In this document: positions 39,527 to 51,063 of the stretch, one piece after another
Layout of the letters: each line of letters opens with the position of its first letter
Numbering within the stretch: the first letter of the stretch is position 1
NCBI GenBank assembly: GCA_963821525.1
Contig: CAWGED010000012.1
Span: forward strand, 128,001 to 192,000
Source of the DNA: an uncultured Gemmatimonadales bacterium
Lineage (GTDB): Bacteria; Gemmatimonadota; Gemmatimonadetes; Gemmatimonadales; GWC2-71-9
Length of the DNA: 64,000 bases
Direction: 5' to 3'
The notes under the pieces: generated by a model
What the model saw: only the letters and a program-made list of their open reading frames with translations
Told to the model about the DNA's origin: nothing
Database searches by the model: none
Translations under genes and position numbers: made by a program

Positions 39527-40792
39527 ATGCGCCGCCCGTTGGTGATCCCCGTATTGCTGGCCGCTGTCATCATGGCCGGCTGTTCCGAACGTGTAACCCA
39601 GCAGTCAACCATGAAGGTCGACGGTGGGACTATCGCCAGTGTCATAAGCGATGACAGCCTGCGGATCCTGATGGGCGTGTTGTTCTTCGAGGCCGACGCG
39701 CCCACGGCCCAGTTCGAGCAGATGGTAGGCATCATCCTTCGCACCCAGCCGCCGCCAAACGTTCAGGAAGCGCAGGCCCTCGCGGCGCAGATCGTGAACC
39801 TGACAATCTCCCTGTTCAAGTCCGGGGGTCTTAAGAACCCGACCGATCCGAATCTCCCGCAGAACGTGCTCACCTTCGGCAATGGGATCCTGGAATTCGT
39901 GGGTCTGCCCCCCGGCTTGACCTTGGCGGCACTAGATCCGGACGGCGCGGCGGCGGTTATTACCCCCGAGTCTCCCAATACGACCGTGCTCACCGAGACC
40001 AAGTTTGCGGGGGTTCAGGTCAATACCGGCCAGGTGCCGCAAACCACCCTGATCACCGTCACCCGGCTCCCGAACTCGCCGCCGCCGCTCCTGACGACGC
40101 TGGCCCAGTTCCCCTTCTTCTACGAGTACACATCGTCACCTGAAGTGACGTTCAATACGGATGTCGTGGTCGGCGTCTGTCAGCCCAACAACATCGTAAT
40201 TCCTAACCCGAGCCGGCTCAGGCTGGCGCACAACATCGCGCCGTTCACGCCGGGCAGCATCGAGATCCTGCCGCTGGTCAATGCGCCGTTCCTCGATTGC
40301 ACCCTAGCGCAGTTCTCGCGTGCGGGGTTCGCGGCGCCATTACTGAAGGATCTTGCGGCACTGGTCACGCCGACTCCTATGTACGCTATGGTGGCAACCG
40401 GTGGACTCGGCGGCAGTGCCAAGAAATTCAGCCCCTATGGCGCGGTGGATATTCAGGCGACCATGGACGACAAATCACCCCTGAGTCAGACCGGGGTTGC
40501 CGCTGGGAAGCCGGTGGCGGCGGCCAAACTGCCCAAGGTGCTGCTCCGGAATGCTCTGGGCGTGCCGATGTCCGGCGTCACCGTGGTGTTTAGTGTGACT
40601 CAGGGCGGCGGCAGCGTGACCGGCGGAACTCAGGTCACCAATGCCAGCGGTCTTGCCACAGTTGGTGGGTGGACGACAGGAGCCGTGGCGGGAGTCAACG
40701 CGCTCAGCGCCACGGCGGTCCTGCCGGCGGGGGCCATTGTGCTGAAGAGCCCAGTGGTCTTCAGGGTCACGACCACGGCCGGGACCAAGTAG
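39527..40792 (+). CDS. Hypothetical lipoprotein with C-terminal Ig-like (Big) domain
   Basis: Lipobox MAGC; GVPMSGVTVVFSVTQGGGSV...TNASGLATVGGWT. Confidence 0.8.
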   Translation: MRRPLVIPVLLAAVIMAGCSERVTQQSTMKVDGGTIASVISDDSLRILMGVLFFEADAPTAQFEQMVGIILRTQPPPNVQEAQALAAQIVNLTISLFKSGGLKNPTDPNLPQNVLTFGNGILEFVGLPPGLTLAALDPDGAAAVITPESPNTTVLTETKFAGVQVNTGQVPQTTLITVTRLPNSPPPLLTTLAQFPFFYEYTSSPEVTFNTDVVVGVCQPNNIVIPNPSRLRLAHNIAPFTPGSIEILPLVNAPFLDCTLAQFSRAGFAAPLLKDLAALVTPTPMYAMVATGGLGGSAKKFSPYGAVDIQATMDDKSPLSQTGVAAGKPVAAAKLPKVLLRNALGVPMSGVTVVFSVTQGGGSVTGGTQVTNASGLATVGGWTTGAVAGVNALSATAVLPAGAIVLKSPVVFRVTTTAGTK

Positions 40793-40795
40793 GGA

Positions 40796-41659
40796 TCAAG
40801 AGCGTTCGATGTGAACCCGCGCCGGCCGGCCCTCGGGGCCGTGCCAGTCCCATTCTCTGGCTTTCCGCTCCGGAACGGCCCAGCTCACGGTGATGCGCTT
40901 CTGCTTCCGCATCACTTCGAGCTTGGCCGTTTCGCCTGAATCGTAGGACCTCAGGATCCGTTCGGCCTGGGAGACGCTCTTGGGCTCCCGGCCGTCGATC
41001 TTGAGAATCACATCTCCCGCCTTCAACGGAATCGTCGAATCGCTCGACGCCTTCACGACCAGGACGCCGGTCTTGGATCCGAAGTACTCGCCCAGGTCCG
41101 GGTTGAGGTCTACCAGGTCCAGGTCAGAGAACCGGTCGTTGATGAAGACGCGGAAATCCCCATCGCCACCATCGAAGTCGGGCATCTTCATGCGGGGGAG
41201 GTCCTGCATGTGAGGCATCCACATCCGCATGCTCATCTTCACATCTTCTGCGATGATCCGTGCGGTGCGAGTCTCGGTGCCCCGGCGATACTGGACCGTC
41301 ACCGTATCCCCGACATCGAGCTTCTGCGCGAGGTCGATCAATTTCTGCCCGGGCCCTGATTCGTCTTCATCGTCGCTCTTGATCCCACCAAGCGCGGTGC
41401 CGTTGAAACTGGTGATGATGTCGCCGGCCTTGAGACCGGCCTTGTCCGCCGGCCCGGCCGGCGTCACTTCCTTGATGCGGGCTCCGATCTTGTCGCTATC
41501 GGCATCGGCCCGGGCGTCAATCATCACTCCGATCCGCGGACGTCCCCCCACGACGAACCGGTAGTCGTGGTCGTGGTCCTGGGCGAGCGCGTCGCTCACA
41601 GGCAGCGCGGTCAGAGCGGACAAGACGGTGAGCGCCGCGGCGCTCCACAAGCGCGGCAT
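40796..41659 (-). CDS. Exported tandem-PDZ-domain protein (no protease domain)
   Basis: Signal peptide, RPRIGV, GPADKAGLKAGDIITSFNG, LKAGDVILKIDG. Confidence 0.88.
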   Translation of the reverse strand: MPRLWSAAALTVLSALTALPVSDALAQDHDHDYRFVVGGRPRIGVMIDARADADSDKIGARIKEVTPAGPADKAGLKAGDIITSFNGTALGGIKSDDEDESGPGQKLIDLAQKLDVGDTVTVQYRRGTETRTARIIAEDVKMSMRMWMPHMQDLPRMKMPDFDGGDGDFRVFINDRFSDLDLVDLNPDLGEYFGSKTGVLVVKASSDSTIPLKAGDVILKIDGREPKSVSQAERILRSYDSGETAKLEVMRKQKRITVSWAVPERKAREWDWHGPEGRPARVHIERS

Positions 41660-41756
41660 AAAGTCTCCCTCGGTTTATGGGTCTTCTGCGGTCGTGCTGC
41701 TGGGGGGAAGGATGCGGGAGGCGGGACGACGGTCGCAGCGGCTCACGAACTGGGCG

Positions 41757-43013
41757 CTAGCCGATCCTAGTCCGGGCCCAGAGCCAGTTGACCCCCCCCA
41801 ACAGCAGGGTCACGCCCAGAGCCGCCCCATCCCGCCAGCTCAGTCGGGTCACGATCGTCAGCGAGAAGAGAATTCCGGCAACGGCCACGATCGTTCCGGC
41901 CGGGAGAGTGAACACCGGTGCGGGAGCGAGCTCGCGCCGCCTCAGCTGGACCAGCGCGGCGCATATCATGGCGTAGATAACCAGACGGGAGATCACCGAC
42001 AATGTCAGGTTCTGCAGGAAGGTTCCGCTCGCAGCCAGCAGCCAGACCAGGGTGCCGTACCAGAACAGCGAGACGTACGGAGTACGAAACTTCGGGTGGA
42101 TCCGGCTGAAGGCAGCCGGCATATCACCCTGCTCGGCCATCGCGAAGGTGAGACGCGAAACATTCAAAGTGACCCCGGCCAGATAGCCGAAGATCGACAC
42201 GAGTGCCGCCGCCCCCATGATTTTGGCGCCCGCTGTCCCGGCGAACACTCCGGCCGCGGCCGAAAGCGGCCGCTCGCTGGCGGATGGATTGGGTAACACG
42301 TGGACGACGACGAATTGCGTCAGAGTGTAGATCAGGGTGACTACTCCCAGCGCCGTGAAGAGCGCGAACGGCGCGTCGCGCCGCGGCTCTTTCGCCTCGG
42401 CCAGCGGCAGAAGCGCACCCTCGAATCCACCGTAGGCGAAGACCAGCAGCAGGATCGCCTCCAGCCAGGTTGATGACGGAGCCGGAATCGGCTGCGGCGC
42501 TACCCCGTGGGAAGAGAACGCGAAAACCAGCCCGGCAATGATGAAAAGACTGAGCGGCACCAGCTTCGCGACGGCAAACAGGTTGCTCGCCGCCGCTCCA
42601 AACCAGACTCCTCGGAAGTTGAGCACCGCGAGTCCGCCGATAATCACCGCCAGGATCAGCCGGGAGGTAAGCGGTTCCGATGCGCCGGGCCAGAACTCCC
42701 TGAGGAGAATGATGAAGAGGTTCGCGTTAGTGGCTGCCGCGGTGACCCGAGCGAGGTAGAGGAGCCAACCGGACTCGATTCCTACCAGCCTCCCAAAGGC
42801 TACTCGCGCGTAGAGGTAGGGCCCGCCCGCCCCACCGAACCGGGAAGCCACTTCGGCCACGCATGCTACGATAAACCCCGTCCCGATGGCTGCGAGCACC
42901 CACGCCCAGGGACTGGATGAGCCGAGTTTTCCCGCCACGATCGAAGGAAGACCAAATACGCTGCTGCCGACGATCGAGTTGATCATCAGGGCGGTGAGGG
43001 ACCACCGCCCCAT
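41757..43013 (-). CDS. APC-family amino acid permease
   Basis: INSIVGSSVFGLP, GGPYLYA..AFG, FAYGGFE, IHPKFRTP; about 12 TM. Confidence 0.93.
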   Translation of the reverse strand: MGRWSLTALMINSIVGSSVFGLPSIVAGKLGSSSPWAWVLAAIGTGFIVACVAEVASRFGGAGGPYLYARVAFGRLVGIESGWLLYLARVTAAATNANLFIILLREFWPGASEPLTSRLILAVIIGGLAVLNFRGVWFGAAASNLFAVAKLVPLSLFIIAGLVFAFSSHGVAPQPIPAPSSTWLEAILLLVFAYGGFEGALLPLAEAKEPRRDAPFALFTALGVVTLIYTLTQFVVVHVLPNPSASERPLSAAAGVFAGTAGAKIMGAAALVSIFGYLAGVTLNVSRLTFAMAEQGDMPAAFSRIHPKFRTPYVSLFWYGTLVWLLAASGTFLQNLTLSVISRLVIYAMICAALVQLRRRELAPAPVFTLPAGTIVAVAGILFSLTIVTRLSWRDGAALGVTLLLGGVNWLWARTRIG

Positions 43014-43044
43014 GGTGCGGACGAGCGTCGGGGGAGTGGTCAGT

Positions 43045-43081
43045 GGATGTGAGGATGTGAGGATGTAAGGATGTGAGGATG
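43045..43081. repeat. Octamer tandem tract between RND and APC genes
   Basis: GGATGTGA GGATGTGA GGATGTAA GGATGTGA GGATG. Confidence 0.85.
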
Positions 43082-43089
43082 CGCCGGCA

Positions 43090-46000
43090 TCACGGAGCAG
43101 TTGAATGTGCCTCGACCGCCACGGCCCGTTTGCGTGTTCTCCACGCCTTGACCCTCGAAGCCAGGGTGTCGAAGTAGGTGTAGAAGACCGGCGTCACATA
43201 CAGCGTGATCAGCTGAGAAAAGGCGAGGCCGCCGACCACTGCGACACCCAGCGGGCGCCTGGACTCGGCACCGGCACCGGCGCCCAGCGCGATCGGCAGC
43301 GTCCCCATGAGGGCCGCCATCGTGGTCATCATGATGGGACGGAACCGGACGTGGCACGCCTCCAGAATAGCCTCGCGAGGAGACTTCTTGTCCCGCCGCT
43401 CTGCTTCGACAGCGAAGTCGATCATCATGATGGCGTTCTTCTTCACCAGGCCCACCAGCATGATGATTCCGACGAACGCGTAGATGCTGAGGTCCAGACG
43501 GGTAATCACCAGGATGAGCAGTGCCCCGAATCCCGCAAACGGCAACCCCGTGAGAATCGTGATCGGGTGCACGAAGCTTTCGTAGAGGATACCGAGCACG
43601 AGGTAGATCACGACGATGGCGAGAACCAGGAGGATGAGCAGTCCGCTCTGGGCTTCCTGGAACGCCTGGGCGGTACCGGAGAACGTCGTGCTGATCGAGG
43701 AGGGCAGCGTACGCCGCGCGAGATCCTGCACCCGGGTGACCGCATCGCCGAGGGAGACGCCGGGAGCGGTGTTGAAGGAGATGGTGACCGCGGGCAGCTG
43801 GCCCTGGTGATTGACGGTCAGCGGACCGACATCCGGGGCCACTTTGGCCAGAGTGGTGAGCGGAACCAGGTCTCCATTGGGTGAGCGGATGGAGAGCAGA
43901 TTCAGCGCGGCGAGATCCCGCTGGTACTCGGGCAACAGCTCCATCACGACCCAGTACTGGTCATCCTGGGTGAAGATGGTCGAGACCTGGCGCGCTCCGT
44001 ACGCGTTGTACAGCGCTTGCTGCACCGCTTCGGCGGAAATGCCCAGCTGCGCGGCGCGGTCCCGGTCGATGGTCACGTTCACCTGCGGGTTCTTGATCTG
44101 CAGATCGCTGTTGACGTCGGTGATTCCCGGCAGTTTGCGGGCGGCAGCCTCAAACTCGCTCGCCTTCTGGAACAACTCGTCGATGTTGGTGCCCTGCAGG
44201 GTGAACTGGTAGAGACTGCGGCTCCGCCGTCCACCGATGTTGATGACCGGAGGATTGGTCAGGTACACCTGCACACCGGGGACCACCGAGGTCTTCTCGG
44301 TGAGCTCGCGGGCCACGGCGTCGGCGTCGAGCTTGCGCTTACTTCGGTCCTTGAGCTGGAGGAAGAGGAATCCCTCGTTGATACTGGACGAACGGCCGAC
44401 CGAAGACATGAAGGTCTCGACGTTGGAATCGGCCTGGACAATCCGCGCCACCTCCTGCTGGTGCCGCACCATGGCGTCAAACGAAGTGCCCTCCCGGGTC
44501 AGCACGTTGCCGAAGAGCATCCCCTGGTCCTCGCTGGGGATAAAGCCCTTCTCCACGACCTGACCCAGGAGCACCGTTCCGATCAGGATGGCCGCCGAGA
44601 AAACCAGAGCGGCCCGGCTGTGGTCCATCACCCAGGTCAAGGACCGGTCGTAGGCCCCAAGCAGCCGGAGCCAGAGCCGCTCGGTCGTCTCGTAAAATCG
44701 ACCGTGCTGGGCCGTGTGCCCGGGCTTCAAGAACCGGGCGCAAAGCATCGGGGTAAGCGTGAGCGACACGAATCCCGATACCAGAATCGCGACCGCAATG
44801 GTGACGGCGAACTCACGGAACAGCCGCCCGATGAGGCCCTGGAGCAGCAACACGGGGATGAAGACGGCCACGAGGGACAGCGTCATCGAGACGATCGTGA
44901 AACCGATCTCCCTCGCCCCCTTCAGCGCCGCCTCGAACGGTTCCTCCCCCATCTCGGTGTGCCGGACGATGTTTTCCAGCACCACGATGGCGTCGTCCAC
45001 GACGAAGCCCACCGCAAGCGTCAGCGCCATCAACGACAGGTTGTCGAGACTGAAGCCGAGCAGGTACATCACCGCGAAGGTGCCGATGAGGGACATCGGC
45101 AGCGCCATGCTCGGAATGATCGTGGCCGGGATGTTCCTGAGGAACAGGAAGATCACCAGGATCACGAGGAAGATGGTCAGGAGCAGGGTGAACCGGACGT
45201 CGGAGACCGACTGCTGAATTCCCTCCGAGCGGTCGAACATCTTGGTGACTTTCACTGCCGCGGGGAGCTGCCGCTCCAGCTGGGCCATGATCGCGTTTAC
45301 CCGGCCGGCGACCGCGACGGTATTGGTCCCCGGCTGGCGCTGCACCGCGAGCACGATGGCCCGGGTGCCGCTGAACCAGCTCGCGACTTTGTCGCTCTGC
45401 ACCCCGTCGCTGACCTGACCGACATCCTGCAGCCGAACCGGCGCCCCATTGCGGTAAGTGATCACGAGCGGCCGGAACGCCGCAGCGCTCTCCAGCTGCC
45501 CGTTGGACTGCACCGTATAGGCCTGGTCAGTGCCCCAGAGAATGCCGGTCGGGAGGTTGACGTTCCCCGTGTTGATGGCATCGACGACCTCGTCGATACC
45601 GATCTTCCAGGCCTGCAGCTTCTGAGGATCCAGCTGAATTCGTACCGCGTACTTCTGCGATCCGTATACCTGCACCTGGGCGACGCCGTCCACCGTCGAA
45701 AGCCGCTGGCCGATGAAGGTCTGCCCGTAGTGGTCGAGCGCCGACAACGGCATCGTAGCCGACGTGAGCGCGTAGTACACGATCGGGAGAGGACGAGGGA
45801 TCGACCTTGCGATACGAAGGCGGCAACATGCCCTGCGGCAGCTGACGCAGGGTCTGGGAGATGGCGGCCTGCACGTCCGCCGCGGCCGCGTCGATGTTCC
45901 GGTTGAGCGTGAACTGGAGGGTGATCGAGGTACTGCCCAGGCCGCTCGATGAGGTCATCACATCGAGGCCCGGAATGGTGGAGAACTGTTTTTCCAGCGG

Positions 46001-46195
46001 GGTAGCAACCGCCGACGCCATCGTCTCCGGACTCGCTCCGGGCAACGAGGCACTGACGCTTACGGTGGGGTAGTCCACGGTGGGCAGGTCGCTCACCGGC
46101 AACAGCCGGTACGCGATGGTCCCGAAAATCAGGACGCCGGCTGAAACCAGCGTCGTCATGACGGGGCGCCGGATAAATGGTTCGGCGATGTTCAC
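43090..46195 (-). CDS. RND efflux permease (MdtB/C-like, AcrB family); frameshift near 45785
   Basis: MNIAEPFIRRPVMTTL, GFVVDDAIVVLENI, GLVKKNAIMMIDFA, RFRPIMMTT; ORFs 45527..46195 and 43090..45780 join. Confidence 0.95.
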
Positions 46196-47310
46196 GACGC
46201 TTCCTCCGGACCGCGCACCGGCTGAGTCTTGATCTCGACATGGGCACCGGGCACCAGGCGGAGCTGCCCATCGGTGACGACCCGTTCTCCGGCCTGAAGA
46301 CCGCTTTCGATCACCGCGATATCTCCGGCCGTACGAGCCACCTTGACCGTACGGGGTGCCACGGTCTGGGCCGAATCAACCACGAAGACGGATGTGCCCT
46401 GCTGGCCGGTCAGGACCGCCACGGCCGGGATCGCGAGAGCGTCCTTTTGTACGTAGAGCTGCACGCTCACACTCACGAACTGGCCGGGCCAGAGGGTACC
46501 GTCAGCGTTGTCGAAACTGCCCTTGAGCAAGATGGTACCGGTGCTGCTATCCACTGCATTGTCCATGAAAACCAGCCGGCCTTTGACGGGTACACCGGTA
46601 CCGGCAGGCTGTGCCACGACTTCGACGTCCTTCATCGGACGCCCGCGGATCTCTCCCAGTTGTTGAGCCGGGAGCGGGAACCGGACCAGGATGGGCCGGA
46701 TCTGATTGATGGTAACGAGTGTGGTGCCCGGGCCGCGCACCAGATTCCCTTCCCGGATCTGCAGGCTGCCGGCGAGGCCGCCGATCGGGGCCCGGATCGT
46801 GGCATACTGGAGGTTGAGGCGGGCCGTTTCCATCGCGGCGCTGTCTGCCTTGACGGTCGCTTCCATGGCGGCAGCCGAGGCCCTCATCGCGTCGTACTGC
46901 TGGCTGGTGACGTATTCCTGCTTGACCAGTGCCCCATAACGTTCGACGTCACGCTGGGCGTTCTGGGCCTGAATCACGTCTCGCGCGACCATCGCCTCCG
47001 CCGCGTCGAGTGCGGCCCTGTATGGCCGGGAATCGATCTCGAACAGCACCTGGCCCTTGGTGACCTGGTCTCCCTCCTGGAAGCCGATGCGCAGGAGTTG
47101 CCCGGAGATCTGCGCTTCCACATTCACCCGCTGCAGGGGCTCGACGGTTCCGGCGGCAGCGAGCTCGAACGGCACCGGACGGCGTTCGACCGTCGCAACC
47201 GTGACCGGCACCGCGGACGGAGTCCCAGGATCCTTCTCCTTGCAACCCGCTGCGGCGATGCAGGAGAGCGCGAGGATTGCGGCGCGGGATCGGCAGTCGA
47301 ATGCAATCAT
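46192..47310 (-). CDS. RND periplasmic adaptor (MFP)
   Basis: Lipobox AAGC, FQEGDQVTKGQVLFEID, IRAPIGG, DNAVDSSTGTI, LWPGQFV, GLQAGERVVTDG. Confidence 0.95.
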   Translation of the reverse strand: MIAFDCRSRAAILALSCIAAAGCKEKDPGTPSAVPVTVATVERRPVPFELAAAGTVEPLQRVNVEAQISGQLLRIGFQEGDQVTKGQVLFEIDSRPYRAALDAAEAMVARDVIQAQNAQRDVERYGALVKQEYVTSQQYDAMRASAAAMEATVKADSAAMETARLNLQYATIRAPIGGLAGSLQIREGNLVRGPGTTLVTINQIRPILVRFPLPAQQLGEIRGRPMKDVEVVAQPAGTGVPVKGRLVFMDNAVDSSTGTILLKGSFDNADGTLWPGQFVSVSVQLYVQKDALAIPAVAVLTGQQGTSVFVVDSAQTVAPRTVKVARTAGDIAVIESGLQAGERVVTDGQLRLVPGAHVEIKTQPVRGPEEAS

Positions 47311-48803
47311 CGTATGGGTTCTACCCCGGTTGAATCGGTTCCCAGCCGGAGGCTCGAACCTCCCCGCTCGTCGAGCTGCCCCGTGTCACGCGCCAATTGC
47401 GCAAGCGCCGTCTGCCAGATCCAGCGTGCCTGGACCTGTTGAGCTCTGGCATCGGCCAGTGCGGCCTCGGCCGTCAGCAGGTCAATCACGCTTCCCACTC
47501 CTTCTCGATAGCGCCCCAGCGCCACCTCCGCAGACCGCTCGGCGCTCTCCAACAGATCATCGGTGGTCTCCACCCTCCGGGTCGCCGTGCGCAGCACGTA
47601 GTATGAGCTAAATACCTCGGCGATCACCTGCTGCCGGAGGGTCTGCGCCCCGGCCCTGGTCGCCTCCGCCTGACTCTCGGCGGCACGCTGGGCGTATTCC
47701 CGGGCAAATCCGTTAAACAGCGGAATTTGCAAGCCTACTGTCACTGCATAGCTGTTTTTCAGCGCCGTAGTGCCGCCAACGCCGGTGTACCCGTTCGACC
47801 CAGTCACGACTATGGACGGAAGTCGGGCGCCATGGGCTTCAGTGATGCGCGCCTCCGACTGGCGAACCTCGGCCTGGATCGCAGCCAGGTCGGGCCGGTC
47901 CCGCACCGCCTGCTCGATGAGCGCATCCACGCTGTCGGCCAGGGGCGCGACGGGTTGGAGCCCGGCAAGCGAATCCACCTCATAGGGCAGGTTGGCCGGC
48001 AGTCCCATGGAGACTGCGAGCGCACCCCGCACCGTGGCGAGGGTGCCTTCGGTGGTGAGGACTGCCAGCTGGGCCTGAGAGAGAGCGGTCTTTGCCTGCA
48101 GAACGTCGGCGATGGTTGCCAGACCCACCTTGTTACGCTCTTCTGCGGCGTCGAGGTTGGCCTGAGCCTCCTTGAGGCTCACCTGCTGCGCCGCGAGGAG
48201 CGCCCGGGTGCCCTGATACTGGAAGAAGGCAGACTGCGCGGTGAGGACGACGTTTTGAATCGTGGCGTTGTGGGTCCAATCCGCGGCGATCAGCGCTTCC
48301 CGGGCCTGACCGGTAGCGCCGGAGCGACCACCAAAGTCGAGCAGAAGCCATGAGACGTTGAGTACCGGCCCGTACACCGTCTGCTGCTGCGCGTTGCGGC
48401 CCTGAGTCGCCGTGGTCTTGAGCCGGGTTGCGGTGACTTGCCCGTCAATCACCGGGTAATACGGTCCGCGGGAGGCACCATAGAGATCTGCCGCGGCTCG
48501 GGCGCTTGCCCAACTTTGCCGAGTGGCGGGGTTGTTCCGAAGGGCCAGATCAACGACGTCGCCGAGGCCCAGCGACTGGAGACGAGGGAGAAGGTCTTCC
48601 GGCAGAGCATGCACCGAGTCTCCGGCGGGCGGAGTTTCGGCCAGCTCGGGATGATCGTCCGGCGGGACCCAGGAGTTGTTGGGGGCTGGTGCGGTGGCGG
48701 GCCCGCCGCCGAGGCCGGGGGCGGAGGGGGTGCAGCCGAACAGGATGAGTGTGGCGGCAAGCCAGGAGGAAACAGCCGGGCAACCCGCGCGAAACACAAT
48801 CAT
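47307..48803 (-). CDS. TolC-family outer-membrane efflux lipoprotein
   Basis: ALRNNP, WLLLDFGG, QIPLFNGF, RYREGVGSVIDLLTAE. Confidence 0.93.
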   Translation of the reverse strand: MIVFRAGCPAVSSWLAATLILFGCTPSAPGLGGGPATAPAPNNSWVPPDDHPELAETPPAGDSVHALPEDLLPRLQSLGLGDVVDLALRNNPATRQSWASARAAADLYGASRGPYYPVIDGQVTATRLKTTATQGRNAQQQTVYGPVLNVSWLLLDFGGRSGATGQAREALIAADWTHNATIQNVVLTAQSAFFQYQGTRALLAAQQVSLKEAQANLDAAEERNKVGLATIADVLQAKTALSQAQLAVLTTEGTLATVRGALAVSMGLPANLPYEVDSLAGLQPVAPLADSVDALIEQAVRDRPDLAAIQAEVRQSEARITEAHGARLPSIVVTGSNGYTGVGGTTALKNSYAVTVGLQIPLFNGFAREYAQRAAESQAEATRAGAQTLRQQVIAEVFSSYYVLRTATRRVETTDDLLESAERSAEVALGRYREGVGSVIDLLTAEAALADARAQQVQARWIWQTALAQLARDTGQLDERGGSSLRLGTDSTGVEPIR

Positions 48804-48932
48804 TCGAAGACCTCAGGGCACGCGACTCGAGCGTCGGTGCCGCTTATATGCACCAAACCGCATGAGATTCAGTCTTGCTTAAACATACAAAACGTAGTTA
48901 GACTGGCAAGCACCTTGATTCGCAGGATCCTC

Positions 48933-49376
48933 ATGCGCGGCCAGCGAGCGCAGCAGTTCGTAGAACGAAGCGGCATCTTCTTTCAGTCCGAAGGACTGCC
49001 TCGCATCGGCGGGCGGATCTTCGGCCTTCTGCTGCTCGCGGACCAGGCCGTCTCCATCGACTCCATCGCCCAGGAGCTCAAGGTCAGCAAGCCCAGCGTG
49101 AGCACCAACACCAGGGTGCTGGAACGCTGGGGGTTTCTCGAGCGGGTCGGAAGACCGGGGGATCGCCGCAGCTACTACCGCCTGGCGCCCGATCTGGTGC
49201 ACCGCACCTTGCTCCAACGGGTCGAACGAATGCGACGTTTCCGGTCCCTGATGGAAGACGCCAAGGAGCAGGCCCCCGGAGGTCGCGGCCCGCTGCGCCA
49301 GCGGCTGAGCAAGCTGGTCTCGGCTTACGACCAGTCGGTGGAGGCCATGGAGCGAGTGGTCGCGGAATGGCGGTGA
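48933..49376 (+). CDS. GbsR/MarR-family regulator divergent from the efflux operon
   Basis: GLPRIGGRIFGLLLL, SIDSIAQELKVSKPSVSTN, PGDRRSYY; start moved to ATG 48933. Confidence 0.92.
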   Translation: MRGQRAQQFVERSGIFFQSEGLPRIGGRIFGLLLLADQAVSIDSIAQELKVSKPSVSTNTRVLERWGFLERVGRPGDRRSYYRLAPDLVHRTLLQRVERMRRFRSLMEDAKEQAPGGRGPLRQRLSKLVSAYDQSVEAMERVVAEWR

Positions 49377-49395
49377 GGGGAAGCACGAGGACGGC

Positions 49396-50882
49396 TTACT
49401 TCCCCGGAATCGGCCGGTCGCGGTAGGGATACCAGAAGTCCTTCCGCTCCATCACGTAGTCGAGATGTACATGCTTGGGTTCCCGGAAGGCGTCGAGGCC
49501 TTCCTCACCCAGCTCCCGCCCCAACCCGCTCAACCGCATGCCGCCGAAGGGACCCGCGTTGTTGTCGGTGAGCGGGTCGTTGATCCAGAAGGTTCCCGCC
49601 TTGATGAACTCCATCGCCTTCATCGCGGTTTCGAGACTCGCGGTGTAGATGCACGCGCCAAGCCCGTACTGTGAATCGTTGGCCATCTCGATGGCATGAT
49701 CGGAGTCGCGGGCGACCGTGATCGAAATGACGGGTCCGAAGATTTCCTCCCGCGTAGGCAGCGTCCCGTGTTCCACTCCGGTCAAAATCGTGGGCTCATA
49801 GAAATGGCCCTTGAGGCCATTGTGCTTCCGCCGCCGGCCTCCTAACAGCACCCGAGCGCCCTGCTGGACCGACACCGCAACCTGTTGCTCCACCATCGCG
49901 AGTGCCTCGTCCGAGATCAGCGGCCCGATATCGGTCTCAGGGTTCATCGGATCTCCCACGCACCAGCGATTTCACGTATTGCTCCATCCGCCGGGTAAAC
50001 TCATCCGCGATCGACTGCACGACATAGATCCGCTTGGATGAAGTGCAGACCTGTCCGGCGTTGAGCAGCCGAGCCCAGGCGACTCCGGGGACCGCGACAT
50101 CGAGATCCGCATCCTCACAGACGATGAAGGGGTCGACGCTTCCCAGCTCCAGGTTCAGCTTCTTGAGCTGCTCCGCCGCCATGCCCGCGACCCGGCGCCC
50201 CGCAGCGACGGAGCCGGTAAAGGCGATCAGGTCCACCTTGGGGTGGCGCACCAGCTCCTCGCCGGTCGGCGCGGCACCAGTCACCACATTCACCACTCCC
50301 GGGGGCAACACGTCGTAACACGTCGCCATCAACAGGTTGGAGAGCGGGTTCTGGTGGGGAGGCTTGCATACCACCGTGTTCCCGGCCGCGAGCGCCGGGG
50401 CCACCTTCCACGCGGTGAGGAGCAGCGGGAAGTTGAAGGGAACGATGACCGCGACGACTCCGAACGGCTCCTTGATCGTGAAGTTGATCTGGTGTGCCGC
50501 ACCCGGCGGGATGGAGTTCCCGTAGCTGCGTCTCCCTACCTCGGCGTAGTACTCGAAGCAGATCGCTACCCAGTCGATGCAATCCACCGCCTCGATCAGC
50601 GGCTTCCCCGTCTCCCGCGCAAGCAACGGCGCCAGCTCGGGTCCTTTTTCCCGGATCCGCGCGCCACTTCCCGCAGCAACCTCGCCTTCTCGACACCGGG
50701 AACCTTCCACCAGGCGCGTTGGGCATTCAGCGCCGCCATCACCGCGTGATCCACGTCGTGGAGATCACAGTCGGCGACGGTTCCCAGCGTATCGAGGGTC
50801 GAGGGTTGGTAATGGTTCGCGCCTTGGTCGAGTGAGGGGCGACCCACTGGCCGTTGACGAGAATCGGATGGAGCTGGGCCAT
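49396..50882 (-). CDS. Aldehyde dehydrogenase family; frameshifts near 50810, 50660 and 49960
   Basis: ETGKP, PFNFP, FTGS, LELGS, NAGQVC, EEIFGP, GPFGG spread over successive frames; GGAAGG/GAAGG region before ATG 50882. Confidence 0.9.
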
Positions 50883-50942
50883 GCCAAGACAGCCTTCGGG
50901 GAGGGAGACGGAATTTGGAAGGCGGGAGGGAGATGGGGAAGG

Positions 50943-51051
50943 GTCGATGGTCCGATGGTCAATAGTCGAAGTCTTGAGTCAGGAGTAGTGAGTCGTGAGT
51001 CTCGATCACGGACTCATGACCCACGACTCGAGACCCACGACGCACGACTAC
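50943..51051. repeat. Inverted pair of heptamer tandem tracts
   Basis: GTCTTGA GTCAGGA GTAGTGA GTCGTGA GTC facing GACTCAT GACCCAC GACTCGA GACCCAC GACGCAC GAC. Confidence 0.8.
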
Positions 51052-51063
51052 TTACGACGAGCT

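Noticed and set aside
43090..49376. TolC-MFP-RND operon with divergent regulator
   Set aside because: Ordinary efflux module; a weak CAGTCT...AGACTG inverted repeat in the spacer was too loose to call as an operator.
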